Source of the DNA: an uncultured Gammaproteobacteria bacterium
Lineage (GTDB): Bacteria; Pseudomonadota; Gammaproteobacteria; Steroidobacterales; Rariloculaceae
DNA: 64,000 bases
NCBI GenBank assembly: GCA_963699925.1
Contig: CAVOVT010000013.1
Location: 25,187-89,186 of the forward strand
Direction: 5' to 3'
In this document: piece after piece, positions 17,657-26,524 of the stretch
Layout of the letters: each line of letters starts with the position of its first letter
Position numbering within the stretch: position 1 is the first letter of the stretch
Made by a program: the position numbers and the translations under genes
The notes under the pieces: generated by a model
What the model was told of the DNA's origin: nothing
The model's input: only the letters and a program-made list of their open reading frames with translations
Databases searched by the model: none

Positions 17657-18223
17657 ATGAGAAAGACGATGGGTTTGCTCGCGACGATGAGCTTGATCGG
17701 CGGGTTGGCGGCAACGCAATCCGCACTGGCGCAGGGGGGGTGCGGCGCGGTGACTTTCACGGGCCCGGTGGCCTCGCAATTCCCGGAGGCCTCGAACGCG
17801 TGTCTCGACATCGTCACGCGCGAAAATAAACAGTACGCACACTTCAAAGGCGAGATCGTGAGCGTCAGTGGCTCACAGGTCCGCGCGCGCTTCAAGCTCC
17901 CGAGCGGCCAGTATTCCCAGACTTACGCGTTCACTCCGAAGTCGGGCTCGCGCGTCCGTATCGCCGGACAAAGCTACCGCTTCTCGGAGCTGCAGAAAGG
18001 GCAGGAGCTCGACGTTTACGTTCCGCCGGACCGTTGGGAGTTCGACATCCCGGATACGGAGAGCTTCGCCGCTGCGCCGACCGTCGAGACATACCGGGTT
18101 ACGACGGTGACGGTCGGGTCGCTGCCGCATACTGCGAGCGAGGTGCCGTTGGTCGGGCTGCTGTCCGTGGTACTGCTCGCGCTCGGCACCGGCCTGACGT
18201 TGATTCGACGCCGGCTGTCGTAG
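17657..18223 (+). CDS. secreted protein with C-terminal sortase sorting signal (LPHTA + hydrophobic helix + RRR tail)
   Basis: ORF 17657..18223, with GGAG 8 nt upstream. The signal peptide is MRKTMGLLATMSLIGGLAATQSALA. The C-terminus reads GSLPHTAS-EVPLVGLLSVVLLALGTGLTLI-RRRLS, with the LPHTA motif at 18122..18136. Confidence 0.7.
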   Translation: MRKTMGLLATMSLIGGLAATQSALAQGGCGAVTFTGPVASQFPEASNACLDIVTRENKQYAHFKGEIVSVSGSQVRARFKLPSGQYSQTYAFTPKSGSRVRIAGQSYRFSELQKGQELDVYVPPDRWEFDIPDTESFAAAPTVETYRVTTVTVGSLPHTASEVPLVGLLSVVLLALGTGLTLIRRRLS

Positions 18224-18262
18224 CTTCCACGCACGGGTCCCTCCGGAAAGCTCTGCTCGGTC

Positions 18263-18285
18263 GCGCCGACTTCAGAAGTCGGCGC
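18263..18285. terminator. 10-bp-stem hairpin between convergent genes (possible bidirectional terminator)
   Basis: GCGCCGACTT-cag-AAGTCGGCGC. It overlaps the stop codon of the 18272..18685 gene. There is no flanking T-run. Confidence 0.35.
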
Positions 18286-18685
18286 GATCGAGCACGATAT
18301 CGAGCATGCCCTCGTCGAAGGGCAGCACGCGCCGCTTCGCACGGAAGTCGTCGGCGGTCACGTACACCGACACGACGTCGGGCTGCTCCGTGCAATTCTT
18401 GCGTCGCCCCGCGAGCTGGAAGCGACCGTCCTCGCGGCTACGCGTCGCGAGCCGCTGATCGAGAAAGACGGCCTCGATCGTCGCAAACGCGATCGGCATG
18501 CCTTGCGCGTCCCTCACGGATCCGGACAGCGCATACCGGTCGCAGCTCGCGCGCACGATCCAGCGCTCGATCGCGCCGGTGCGCGCGTCGTCCGTCACGG
18601 TGATCGCGACGTTCAGCGCGAAGAACAGCACGGCGGCGATCACCGCGCCGACGACGACGAAGACGACGTAACGCAACGCGCTCAC
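18272..18685 (-). CDS. membrane-anchored hypothetical protein with carboxypeptidase-regulatory-like beta-sandwich
   Basis: ORF 18272..18685. It has an N-terminal TM helix (YVVFVVVGAVIAAVLFFAL) and then GSVRDAQGMPIAFATIEA...REDGRFQL. Confidence 0.5.
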   Translation of the reverse strand: MSALRYVVFVVVGAVIAAVLFFALNVAITVTDDARTGAIERWIVRASCDRYALSGSVRDAQGMPIAFATIEAVFLDQRLATRSREDGRFQLAGRRKNCTEQPDVVSVYVTADDFRAKRRVLPFDEGMLDIVLDRADF

Positions 18686-18727
18686 CTGCGTCGACTCCCG
18701 CGGCGCATCGCGGTCATCGCCTGAAGC

Positions 18728-19778
18728 TCACGCGGCGATCCGCAACAGCTTGAGCAAGTTGCCGCCGAGGATCGCCTCCTTTTCGGCGTCGCGCAGAAAA
18801 GGCGCGGCGACGATCACGTCGATCGTGTCCGGCCAGACATACGGCATGTCGGATCCGTAGACCACTTGGCTCACGCCCGTCTCGGCGACGAGATGCCGGA
18901 GCCCCTCGGACGAGAACACCATCGAGTCGACCAGGATCCGGTCCTTGAAGTACTCACTGGGCTTACGCTTGTTCGCGCAGTTCGCGTCGTCGCGCACGAC
19001 GCACGACGCATCGCTGCGGCCGAGGTACGACGGCAAATATCCGCCGCCGTGCGCCGCGCAAACCTTGAGCCTGCGGGAACCGGTCGAGCACGCCCTCGTA
19101 GATCAAGTGGCTCAGGAACACGGTCGTCTCGAGCGGGTTGCCGACGATGTTCGGGAGCGAGCCGCGACCGCCGAGCGAGCCGTCGCGCGCGATGTTCACC
19201 GCGTTGTTCGGGTGCATGAACACGGGCACGTCGAGCGCTTGCGCCTTCGCCCAGAACGGGTCGTATTTCGGCCCGGTCGGCGGCTCGCCTTCCACGTGAC
19301 CGCCGATCGACGCGCCGCGCGCGCCGAGATTCTTCACGGCGTGCTCCAGCTGCTCGGCCGCAAGGTCGGGGAATTGCAACGCGACGGACGACAGCGCGAC
19401 GAAGCGGTCCGGATGCTGCTTACACCAGGCCGCGAGCAACTCGTCGTGCAACGCGACGACGTCTTTCGCGACCGCGCGATCCCTCGCGTACCACCAGAAG
19501 AAGTTCACGCTGAGCGCCTGGACGTCGATGCCGCGCTCGTCCATCGCGGCGAGCCGCTCGGGGCCGAGCACGACCGTTGGCGGCGCGACGCGCGGCGGGT
19601 TCGCGTTCGGCAGCCGCTGCGCAACCTCGGGGAACATGCAGTGCGCATGCACATCGACGACCTTCACGCGCTTGCCGCCGACGCGGATCTCCTTGCGCTT
19701 CGGTTGCGCGCTCGCGCGCAGCGCTGCTAGGCACGCGGCGGCGCCAGCCTGTGCCAGGAATCGTCGACGAGTCGCCAT
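18728..19778 (-). pseudogene. Tat-exported amidohydrolase-2 family protein (ACMSD-like), one frame break
   Basis: The N-terminal part is ORF 18963..19778 (MATRRRFLAQAGAAACLAAL; VVDVHAHCMFPE). The C-terminal part is ORF 18728..19036 (LKVCAAHGGGYLPSYLGR...VVYGSDMPY). The frames switch near 19066-19075. Confidence 0.75.
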
Positions 19779-19832
19779 CGAGCAGTTGCCCCCGCCGGCT
19801 GCGCCGGCCGCGGTCGGTTTGTCGTTGTCGCG

Positions 19833-20222
19833 CTAGCGCGTGCGGTGGTCGCGCCTTAGGCGCTCGACGAACGGCTCACCTTTCGCCGCGAGCTTGCGCT
19901 CGAGCCGCTCGGTGCAGTCGCACTGCGCGCACGCCCAGGGCTCCCTGCCATCTCGATCCCGGCATGGCAGCCCGTGTGCGTCCTGCACCTTGGTGAGCTC
20001 GAAGTATTGCTCCCAATAGGGCCGCTCCTCGTCGAGCGGCGTCGCGCAGAAACAGACTTCGACCCATTTCACCGTGCCGCCGGCGTCGACCTGCGCCGCT
20101 GCCATATTGCGTAGGTATTCGCCCTCGGCGACCGAGCCGCGTCCGAGCGCGCGGCGCTCGATCGCTTCGAGCAGCGCACGGGCGCGATTCGGCTTCACCT
20201 GGGCTCGTACGAGGTAGCGCAT
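19833..20222 (-). CDS. hypothetical protein, Cys-rich C-terminal half
   Basis: ATG 20222 (MRYLVRAQVKPNRARALLEAI...), inside ORF 19833..20276. It contains VCFCATPLDEERPYWEQYF and PWACAQCDCTERLE. No family is recognised. Confidence 0.5.
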   Translation of the reverse strand: MRYLVRAQVKPNRARALLEAIERRALGRGSVAEGEYLRNMAAAQVDAGGTVKWVEVCFCATPLDEERPYWEQYFELTKVQDAHGLPCRDRDGREPWACAQCDCTERLERKLAAKGEPFVERLRRDHRTR

Positions 20223-20678
20223 GACCGACGTTCTACCCGCGACCGCCCCGAGGCCGCAAGGTTTGCGCGTCGGCAACGCCCCGCCAAGTCCATCTTTGCG
20301 CCTGGATCCCGCGGTTTCTCAAGGACGCCGGGCGCGCTCCAAATACACGATTCGCCTGATTCCCTTGGCGCCAACCTTGGTGTAAAAGACTGTCGATATG
20401 TACAGCAGTCAAGATTTCGTCAGTCAGCCACGCGAGAACGAGATCCGCGTCATCGAGCACAGTGGCCGTCGATGGCTTCAACAGTATCGCGTGCCGCCGG
20501 AGGGGCATCGCTCGCAGCGAGCCTGGGTCGACGTCGCGGAGCTCTCGTGGCCGCGGTCGAACATCCGGCTGATCCGCCCGCACTCCTAAGGCGGCTGCCG
20601 CCCTTTGGGCGATAGTCAGCGCGCCGGGCGGTGCCGCGTTTTTCGACGATCCGGCTCCGGCATGGAATCCGCAGAGAA

Positions 20679-20693
20679 TTGGCGCGCCCGGAG
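20679..20693. repeat. 15-nt copy of the 3-prime end of tRNA-Arg (TTGGCGCGCCCGGAG), att-like
   Basis: This is an exact match to 21810..21824, which covers the CCA end, acceptor stem and start of the T-arm of the tRNA-Arg gene on the minus strand. Confidence 0.6.
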
Positions 20694-21082
20694 TGTTCCC
20701 AGGTCCGCGCTGCCCAACGACTCCAGCGCGGTGTACCAAGAAGTGTACCGCTTACGGTTGACCGCTTTTGGGTCGCATTCAGGCGATTCGCGAACGTCCG
20801 GCTCGGAGCAGATCGCGGGTCCGCTTTCGGGCCCAGAAGCAGGCATTGGGGCTCCCGAACTGGCAACCGAGAAGCGGCCAGTCCGCATTTCATCGCTTAC
20901 ATTTTTGCGTGCATAATCGCCCGCGAGGGGATTCAACGGACAACGCCTCCGCGCGAAGAAGCGAGATCCTGGGTGATGCGGGGCGACAAGTGACACTCCT
21001 TATCGAGCCGACGCGCGGCGGTTCCATCGGCACCCTTTTTTCTCGGCGACGGCCACCGTTACCCACTGGGGAAGAATGAACT

Positions 21083-21742
21083 ATGCCGCTTAAGGTCATT
21101 GGCGCGGGCAAAGGTCGCACGGGGACAGTATCGCTCAAGCTGGCGCTGGAGAAATTGGGCTTCGGGCCGTGCTATCACATGTCCGAACTCATGCAGAACC
21201 CGCAGCACTGGCCAACTTGGGAGCGAGTCTTCGACGAGCAGCCGATAAATTGGGAAGACATTTACAAAGATTATCTTGCTGCGGTTGATACGCCCAATGA
21301 TGCCTTTTATCGCGAGCTTGCCGCCTTTTATCCCGAGGCCAAGTTGATCCTAACCGTTCGCGATCCCGATAGCTGGTATCGGTCGGTTTCGGCCACCGTC
21401 TGGTCAGACGAAGTTCAATCGCGCCTCTTGAGGGGCGGGCCCTTGGCCGGTGTGATGACGAAACTCGTCGCGTACTACACCAAACACACCGGGTTGCAGA
21501 TCGGGCCCGGCAGGATGCCAACGCGTGAACAGGCCATTGCCGATTTCACCCGGCACAACGACGCGGTACGCCGCGAATTTTCCCCCGAGCGTCTGCTCGT
21601 ATACGAAGCGAAGCAGGGCTGGGAGCCGCTTTGCAAGTTCCTGAATGTGCCCGTGCCCGACGCGCCGTTCCCGCGTACCAACACGACCGAAGAGTTCCAG
21701 GCGCGCATGCGCGATCTGCCGCCGCAAGGCTTGTCCCGCTGA
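21083..21742 (+). CDS. sulfotransferase-family protein
   Basis: ORF 21083..21742. The PAPS-binding loop is GAGKGRTGTVSLKLALEKLG, with RDPDSWYRS further on. GC content is lower than in flanking genes. Confidence 0.8.
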   Translation: MPLKVIGAGKGRTGTVSLKLALEKLGFGPCYHMSELMQNPQHWPTWERVFDEQPINWEDIYKDYLAAVDTPNDAFYRELAAFYPEAKLILTVRDPDSWYRSVSATVWSDEVQSRLLRGGPLAGVMTKLVAYYTKHTGLQIGPGRMPTREQAIADFTRHNDAVRREFSPERLLVYEAKQGWEPLCKFLNVPVPDAPFPRTNTTEEFQARMRDLPPQGLSR

Positions 21743-21809
21743 TCATTCCCTCACCAATCACTCACGAATCGACGCCTACGACTACCCCGTGTGGGCTGTG
21801 AGTAGGGAT

Positions 21810-21824
21810 TTGGCGCGCCCGGAG
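21810..21824. repeat. 15-nt att-like repeat copy inside/at the 3-prime end of tRNA-Arg
   Basis: Identical to 20679..20693. Confidence 0.6.
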
Positions 21825-21887
21825 AGATTCGAACTCCCGACTTTCGGCTTCGTAGGCCGACGTTCTATCCAGCTGAACTACGGGCGC
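21811..21887 (-). tRNA. tRNA-Arg (anticodon ACG)
   Basis: The reverse complement is GCGCCCGTAGTTCAGCTGGATAGAACGTCGGCCTACGAAGCCGAAAGTCGGGAGTTCGAATCTCTCCGGGCGCGCCA. It folds by hand into a cloverleaf with a 7-bp acceptor stem, anticodon loop CTACGAA and encoded CCA. Confidence 0.9.
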
Positions 21888-22140
21888 GTGTGTGAGGAAG
21901 AAGAGACTCGAGAGCCTGTTTCTTAGAGTGTTCGTCTAGTCGATCGACTCCCGTCCGATATTCTAACGCAGCGGCGACACTTTGGCCGGGCCCAACGTGG
22001 CAGCGGATGCCCTAGTCGCTGCCGACGCCGGCTCCATCTCCCGTCGTCGCGCTTCCGTATGTCATTCTTGCATATACGGAAACGATTTGCGTTAGGTCGG
22101 TCACGTCCAGTCGCGGCCTTCCAAAATACAGTGCTCGCCC

Positions 22141-22527
22141 ATGGGCCCCGCTGAACCCAAAGACAACGATCCGACGGGCGAAGAGCTTGCGCCCGAGTTC
22201 GACGGCACGAAGACCGACCAACTCGACGACAGCTATCGAATGCGCGTTGCGTCGATGAGCGAGATGGAGAATCTCGAATCCGACGATCGAAGCCAGGCGC
22301 GTCCGAGACAGGCCACGGAGATGAACGCGGCAGCGCCGGCGGACACCGGAACGTTCGACCTACCCAGAGCCGTAGACGACGAAGCCCGAGACCCGTCCCC
22401 AAAAGTGCCCACCGTTGCTCCGATAGTGGTCGACAAGAGCGCCGGCTATGACCCCGACGACACCATCATCGAGGCAGAGCCGCCGAAGGGTTTTGTCAGC
22501 GCGAAGCGGAACGTGAAGTCGAGCTAG
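22141..22527 (+). CDS. acidic, probably disordered small protein (paralogue 1)
   Basis: ORF 22141..22527. It shares DPTxEExAPxFDxTxTD, E-DDR-QAR, TFD and GY-P-DT blocks with the ORF 170 bp downstream. Confidence 0.5.
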   Translation: MGPAEPKDNDPTGEELAPEFDGTKTDQLDDSYRMRVASMSEMENLESDDRSQARPRQATEMNAAAPADTGTFDLPRAVDDEARDPSPKVPTVAPIVVDKSAGYDPDDTIIEAEPPKGFVSAKRNVKSS

Positions 22528-22696
22528 TCTTGCGGCGCGAAGCACCGATGGGACTCGTGAACGACGGTGTGCCGAAACGAGCCGCGGCCGAGGGCCCGAG
22601 CATCCTAGAGCCGTTCGGACCAGCCGGTATCGTCCTTCGCCCGAGCCGGAACCGCGACCAGAGTCACATACGGCGCCTGCACCGCATCGTAGGATT

Positions 22697-23068
22697 TTGC
22701 CGATGCGCACGCCGCCCGGAAAAAAACCGCTCAGCGACGACGATCCCACTCTCGAAGAAGAAGCTCCCGGGTTCGATCCCACTCGCACGGACGAGATCGA
22801 GCTCGACTTCGTGTCGGCGCGTCACGCCAGCACGGGCGTCATCGAGCGCGACGATCGCGGCCAAGCGCGTTGGGTCTTGACGCCGAAGCATGCGCCCGCG
22901 AGCGATTCGGACTCGACGTTCGACGAGCTGCGCGCGCTCACGAACGAAAGGCTCGAGATCGACGATACGGTGCCCGCCGAGAAGAAGCGAAAACCGAAAG
23001 TGGGCTACAACCCCTACGACACGGACGTCCCGCAGCCGCCGCGCAAGAAGAAAGGCGGGTCAGAATAG
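22697..23068 (+). CDS. acidic small protein with basic C-tail (paralogue 2)
   Basis: ORF 22697..23068. It has the same motif order as 22141..22527 and ends in KKRKPKVGYNPYDTDVPQPPRKKKGGSE. Confidence 0.55.
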   Translation: MPMRTPPGKKPLSDDDPTLEEEAPGFDPTRTDEIELDFVSARHASTGVIERDDRGQARWVLTPKHAPASDSDSTFDELRALTNERLEIDDTVPAEKKRKPKVGYNPYDTDVPQPPRKKKGGSE

Positions 23069-23984
23069 CGACAGGTCCGCGCGCTCGTGCAGATACTGCG
23101 CGACATGATCCTTGTAGTAGGCCGCCGCTCGCCGCGTGAGCGGGCCGCCCCCGTCGGGAAAGCGCAGCACCTCGCCGTCGAGTAACCGCAGCGAGACGAC
23201 GGGCATCACCTCGCGGGTCGCGCTCGTGAGAAAGCACTCCGTCGCACGCGGCAGCTCGTGCGACCGGCACGTCGCGCTCGCGCGTCGCGAGTCCGCGCGT
23301 GGCACACGCCTCGTGCAACGCCGCCTTCGTGAGCCCCCGCAGGTTCCCGGCGCTCTGCGCCGGCGTCACGAGCTCGCCGCCGATCACGAACCACACGTTG
23401 CTGTTCGACGCCTCGGTCACGAAGCCGGCGTCGTTGAGCATCACGCAATCGTCGGCGCCGAGCGCGCGCGCATCCATGACGCCAAGCACGTTGTTCAGAT
23501 AGTTGCCGCCCTTGATGTTGGGATCGAGCGCGCTCGACGGATTGCGGCGCGTGGACGCCACCGCCGCGCGCACGCCGCGCGAATAGAGTTCCGGCGCCCA
23601 CGAGGGCACGGGCCGCACGATGATCACGTAGCGAGTCTCGAGCTCCGGCGAAGGGAACAAGTCGACGGGCCCCTCGCCGCGAGTCACGACGTAGCGCACA
23701 TAGACGTCGGCGCCGAGGCGCGGCGCGCCGGTGGCGGCGATCGTCGCGCGAATCGCGGCGGTGAGGTCGTCGAGCGTAAGGCCGATCCGCATCCGGATCA
23801 GCGCGGCGGAGTTCTCGAAGCGGCGCCAATGCTCCGTGTAGAACAGAGGCACGCCACGGTAGGTGCGAAACACCTCGTAGATCGAATCGCCGTAGAGAAA
23901 GCCGCGGTCGAGCACCGGCACGCGCGCGTCGGCGGTGCGCGTGATCGTGCCGTGGACGTTGGTCATGCTTTCGAATGCGGTCAT
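23060..23984 (-). pseudogene. class IV (D-amino-acid / branched-chain family) aminotransferase, one frame break
   Basis: ATG 23984 (MTAFESMTNVHG...VPVLDRGFLYGDSIYEVFRTY...IKGGNYLNNVL...EASNSNVWFV) lies in the frame of ORF 22938..25121. The C-terminus (HELPRATECFLTSATREVMPVVSL...) is in ORF 23060..23305. The frames switch near 23258-23266. Confidence 0.8.
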
Positions 23985-24034
23985 AAGCGCCTCGATCGTC
24001 GAGACGCATCGTAACGCACGGGGCGTGGAGCGGC

Positions 24035-25112
24035 TTACTGGCCGCGATACTCGCGCTTGAGCCTCGGGCTCAGCCTCGTGAGGATCTCGTAGCCGATCGT
24101 GCCCGCCGCGGCGGCCACCTCGTCGAGCGGCAGGTTCGTCCCGATCGCCTCGACCGGCTCGCCAACCCGGACGACATCGTGCGGCAGCGTCGTCACGTCG
24201 CAGCAGATGAGATCCATCGACACGCGTCCGACCACGGGCACGCGGTGCCCCGCGATCGCGACGACGCCGCGGTTGCCGAGCGCGCGCGGGTAGCCGTCGG
24301 CATAGCCGAGCGCGACGACGGCGAGCCGCGCCGGCGGCGCGACTCCGAACGTCGCGCCGTAGCCGACGGTCTGCGCCGCATCGACCTCGCGTATCTGCAC
24401 GATTGGCGCATGCAGCGTGACGACCGGCTCGAACGGATTCGGTCGGTCCGCGAACGGGTTGCCGCCGTAGAGCCCGATGCCGGGGCGCACGACGTCGCCG
24501 CGCTGCGGGCCGCCGGTCATCGTAGCCGCCGAGTTGCCGATCGACACGCGCGCTGCGGCCAAGCGCCGGCGCAGACGCTCGAACGCCTCGAGCTGCAGAC
24601 GATTCAGCGGGTGCTCGGGCTCGTCCGCGCACGCAAGGTGCGTGACGACGAGCTCGACGTCGATTCCAGCGAGCAACTCGGGGCGTCGCTCGAGCTCTTC
24701 GACGTCGCGTGAGCTCAAGCCCAGCCGGGTCATGCCCGTGTCGAGCTGGAGTACTGCGCGGCCGCGGCCGCCAGCGCTCGACTTGCTCGAGCGAGCAGAG
24801 CACCGGCGTCGCACGCGCGGCCGCGAGCGTGTCGAGCTCGCCGTCGCGCGCGCCCTCTAGCACGTAGATCTCGACGGCGGGGGCGAGAGCGCGGAGCTTC
24901 GCCGCCTCGGCGGCGGTCGCGACGAAGAAGCGCGTGCACCCCTCGCGGAGCAAGCGCCGCGCAACGGGCGCCACGCCGAGCCCGTACGCGTCCGCCTTCA
25001 CGACGGCCGCGCACTCGGCCGGCTCGGCGGCGGCGCGCAGCCGCGCATAGTTGCGCGCGAGCGCGTCGAGATCGATCACGAGGGTCGCGCTGCGCGTCGG
25101 GTTAAGCGACAT
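24035..25112 (-). pseudogene. alr: alanine racemase, one frame break
   Basis: ATG 25112 (MSLNPTRSATLVIDLDALARNY...AVVKADAYGLG, which contains the PLP lysine motif) lies in the frame of ORF 22938..25121. The remainder (VLQLDTGMTRLG...GYADGYPR...VSMD) is in ORF 24035..24814. The switch near 24752-24757 behaves as a 1-nt insertion. Confidence 0.85.
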
Positions 25113-26398
25113 CCGGCACACTCACCTTGAGCACTTCGGCGGACTCGGCATCCGCGACGACGCGATACGCGCCGACGCCGATCGGCACGAGCGCCGAGTC
25201 GCCGCTCGCGAGCCGGCCGATGAGCGCCCCGTCGGTCGCATAGGCCGACACGACGCCCGTGACGACGTGCAGGTTGTGCGGCTCGGCGGCGGGAACGTCG
25301 ATCGAGGCAGTCGCGGTCGGCGAGAGGTGCTCGACGCCGGTACTCGGCCGAGTCGACCGAGACGGCCGCGCCCGGTCTCCCGGGCACGGGCGTGCGGGCG
25401 ACGACGAACTCCCTGGGGTAAGTCCGCTCGAGATTCAGCGCCGCGATCGCGGCTGGCGCGTCGACGTCGCGCAGCGGGAAGCGCACGTTGTCCCACGCGC
25501 GGTATGTCGTGCCCGGCTTGCGAATCTCGAGCGCGACGATCTCGAGCGCCTGCGGGTTGCCGAGCGCGTGGATCTCGGCCGAGCGCGGGAGGCCGCGCGC
25601 GGCCGTGAGACGCTCCGGCGTCGCGTTGTAGATCACCTGGCCCGGCACGACCGGAATCTCGTTCATGAGGTCGAGCACGTCCCAGTACGCCGCGTGCAGC
25701 GCGTGCAGCATGGCCGCGATTTCCTGCCAGCGCTTGTCGAGCCGCGGACGCCAGCGCGGCTCGAGCGCTGCCGGCGTTGCGGCGCGATCGGCGAGCCAAG
25801 GTTTGAGCTCGCTCTGCAGCTCGTCGTCGCCGAGCGCGGCACCGCAGAGCTCCTTGAGCCGCTGTTGGTCGCGGCGGCCCGCCGCGACCCGCATGCCGAA
25901 CGACTTCGCGTCCACGTCTTTTCTGAAGCCGAGCCGCAGCGTCGCGCCGGGCTCGGCCGCCAGGATCACATAGACCTCGGTGTTACCGGGCGGATGCGCT
26001 TGCACGGACAGGAGCTCGACGACGTCGAGCGTCTTCGGCAACAAGGGCCAACGCTTGCCGTGCCGAGCCACGAAGCGTGCGCCGAGCAGCGTTTCGGCGT
26101 GCACGTCGAGCAGCGCGGGAAGCGCCGCGACAGAGCCGTCGCGAAACCGGACGCGACTCGGGTAACGGCGCGCCTCGGCATCGCGGTCATCGGCGGCGAT
26201 CTCGAAGCACTCGCCGATTCGCGTTCGTAAAACAGTCCCATCCGAGCGCGCGCGCTTGAGCTCGCGCAGCCGAAATCCGCCCCACGGGCGCTCGACGAAG
26301 TTATCATTGAGCGGTACAACTAATGCCGATGCGAGCCGAGCTGCGGCCGAGCGGTCGCCGCGCAGAAGAATGTCGGCCTCGGTGTCGCTCGTCGGCAC
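25102..26398 (-). pseudogene. type I phosphomannose-isomerase-like cupin protein, one frame break near the C-terminus
   Basis: ORF 25076..26518. Motifs are ERPWGGF, LSVQAHP and AEIHALGNP. The C-terminus (GVEHLSPTATASIDV...VLKVSVPDVA-stop at 25102..25104) lies in another frame, with the switch near 25338-25343. I prefer GTG 26398 as the start because 26399..26524 is AT-richer and looks intergenic; ATG 26518 is the alternative. Confidence 0.7.
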
Positions 26399-26524
26399 GG
26401 GAACTCCGAATGATTTCAGGCCAGTATGCCATGCCCCGTTTATGTCAAAACGTGACTGAGTACCGCCTTCCCAAAACGGAAGCGGGGTAGTCTGTCGATC
26501 AATTCTGTTCACTAACATCGAGCG

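Larger units (their letters stand above)
20679..21824. mobile_element. putative remnant islet integrated at tRNA-Arg (no integrase left), cargo = sulfotransferase
   Basis: The segment is bounded by the 15-nt direct repeat. It lies downstream of the tRNA in the tRNA's own orientation, as expected for tRNA-targeted integration. It is visibly less GC-rich than its surroundings. Confidence 0.35.

Noticed and set aside
20398-20589. 63-codon ORF in the AT-richer gap left of the islet
   Set aside because: It has no ribosome-binding site, no recognisable family and weak codon bias. The region is more likely decayed or non-coding DNA. I kept it only as a note.
26399-26518. N-terminal 40 codons of the PMI-like ORF (start at ATG 26518, only 6 bp from the divergent coiled-coil gene)
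   Set aside because: This stretch is the AT-richest part of the neighbourhood and would leave no room for two divergent promoters. GTG 26398, just before the conserved ERPWGG region, is the more plausible start. It is not excluded.
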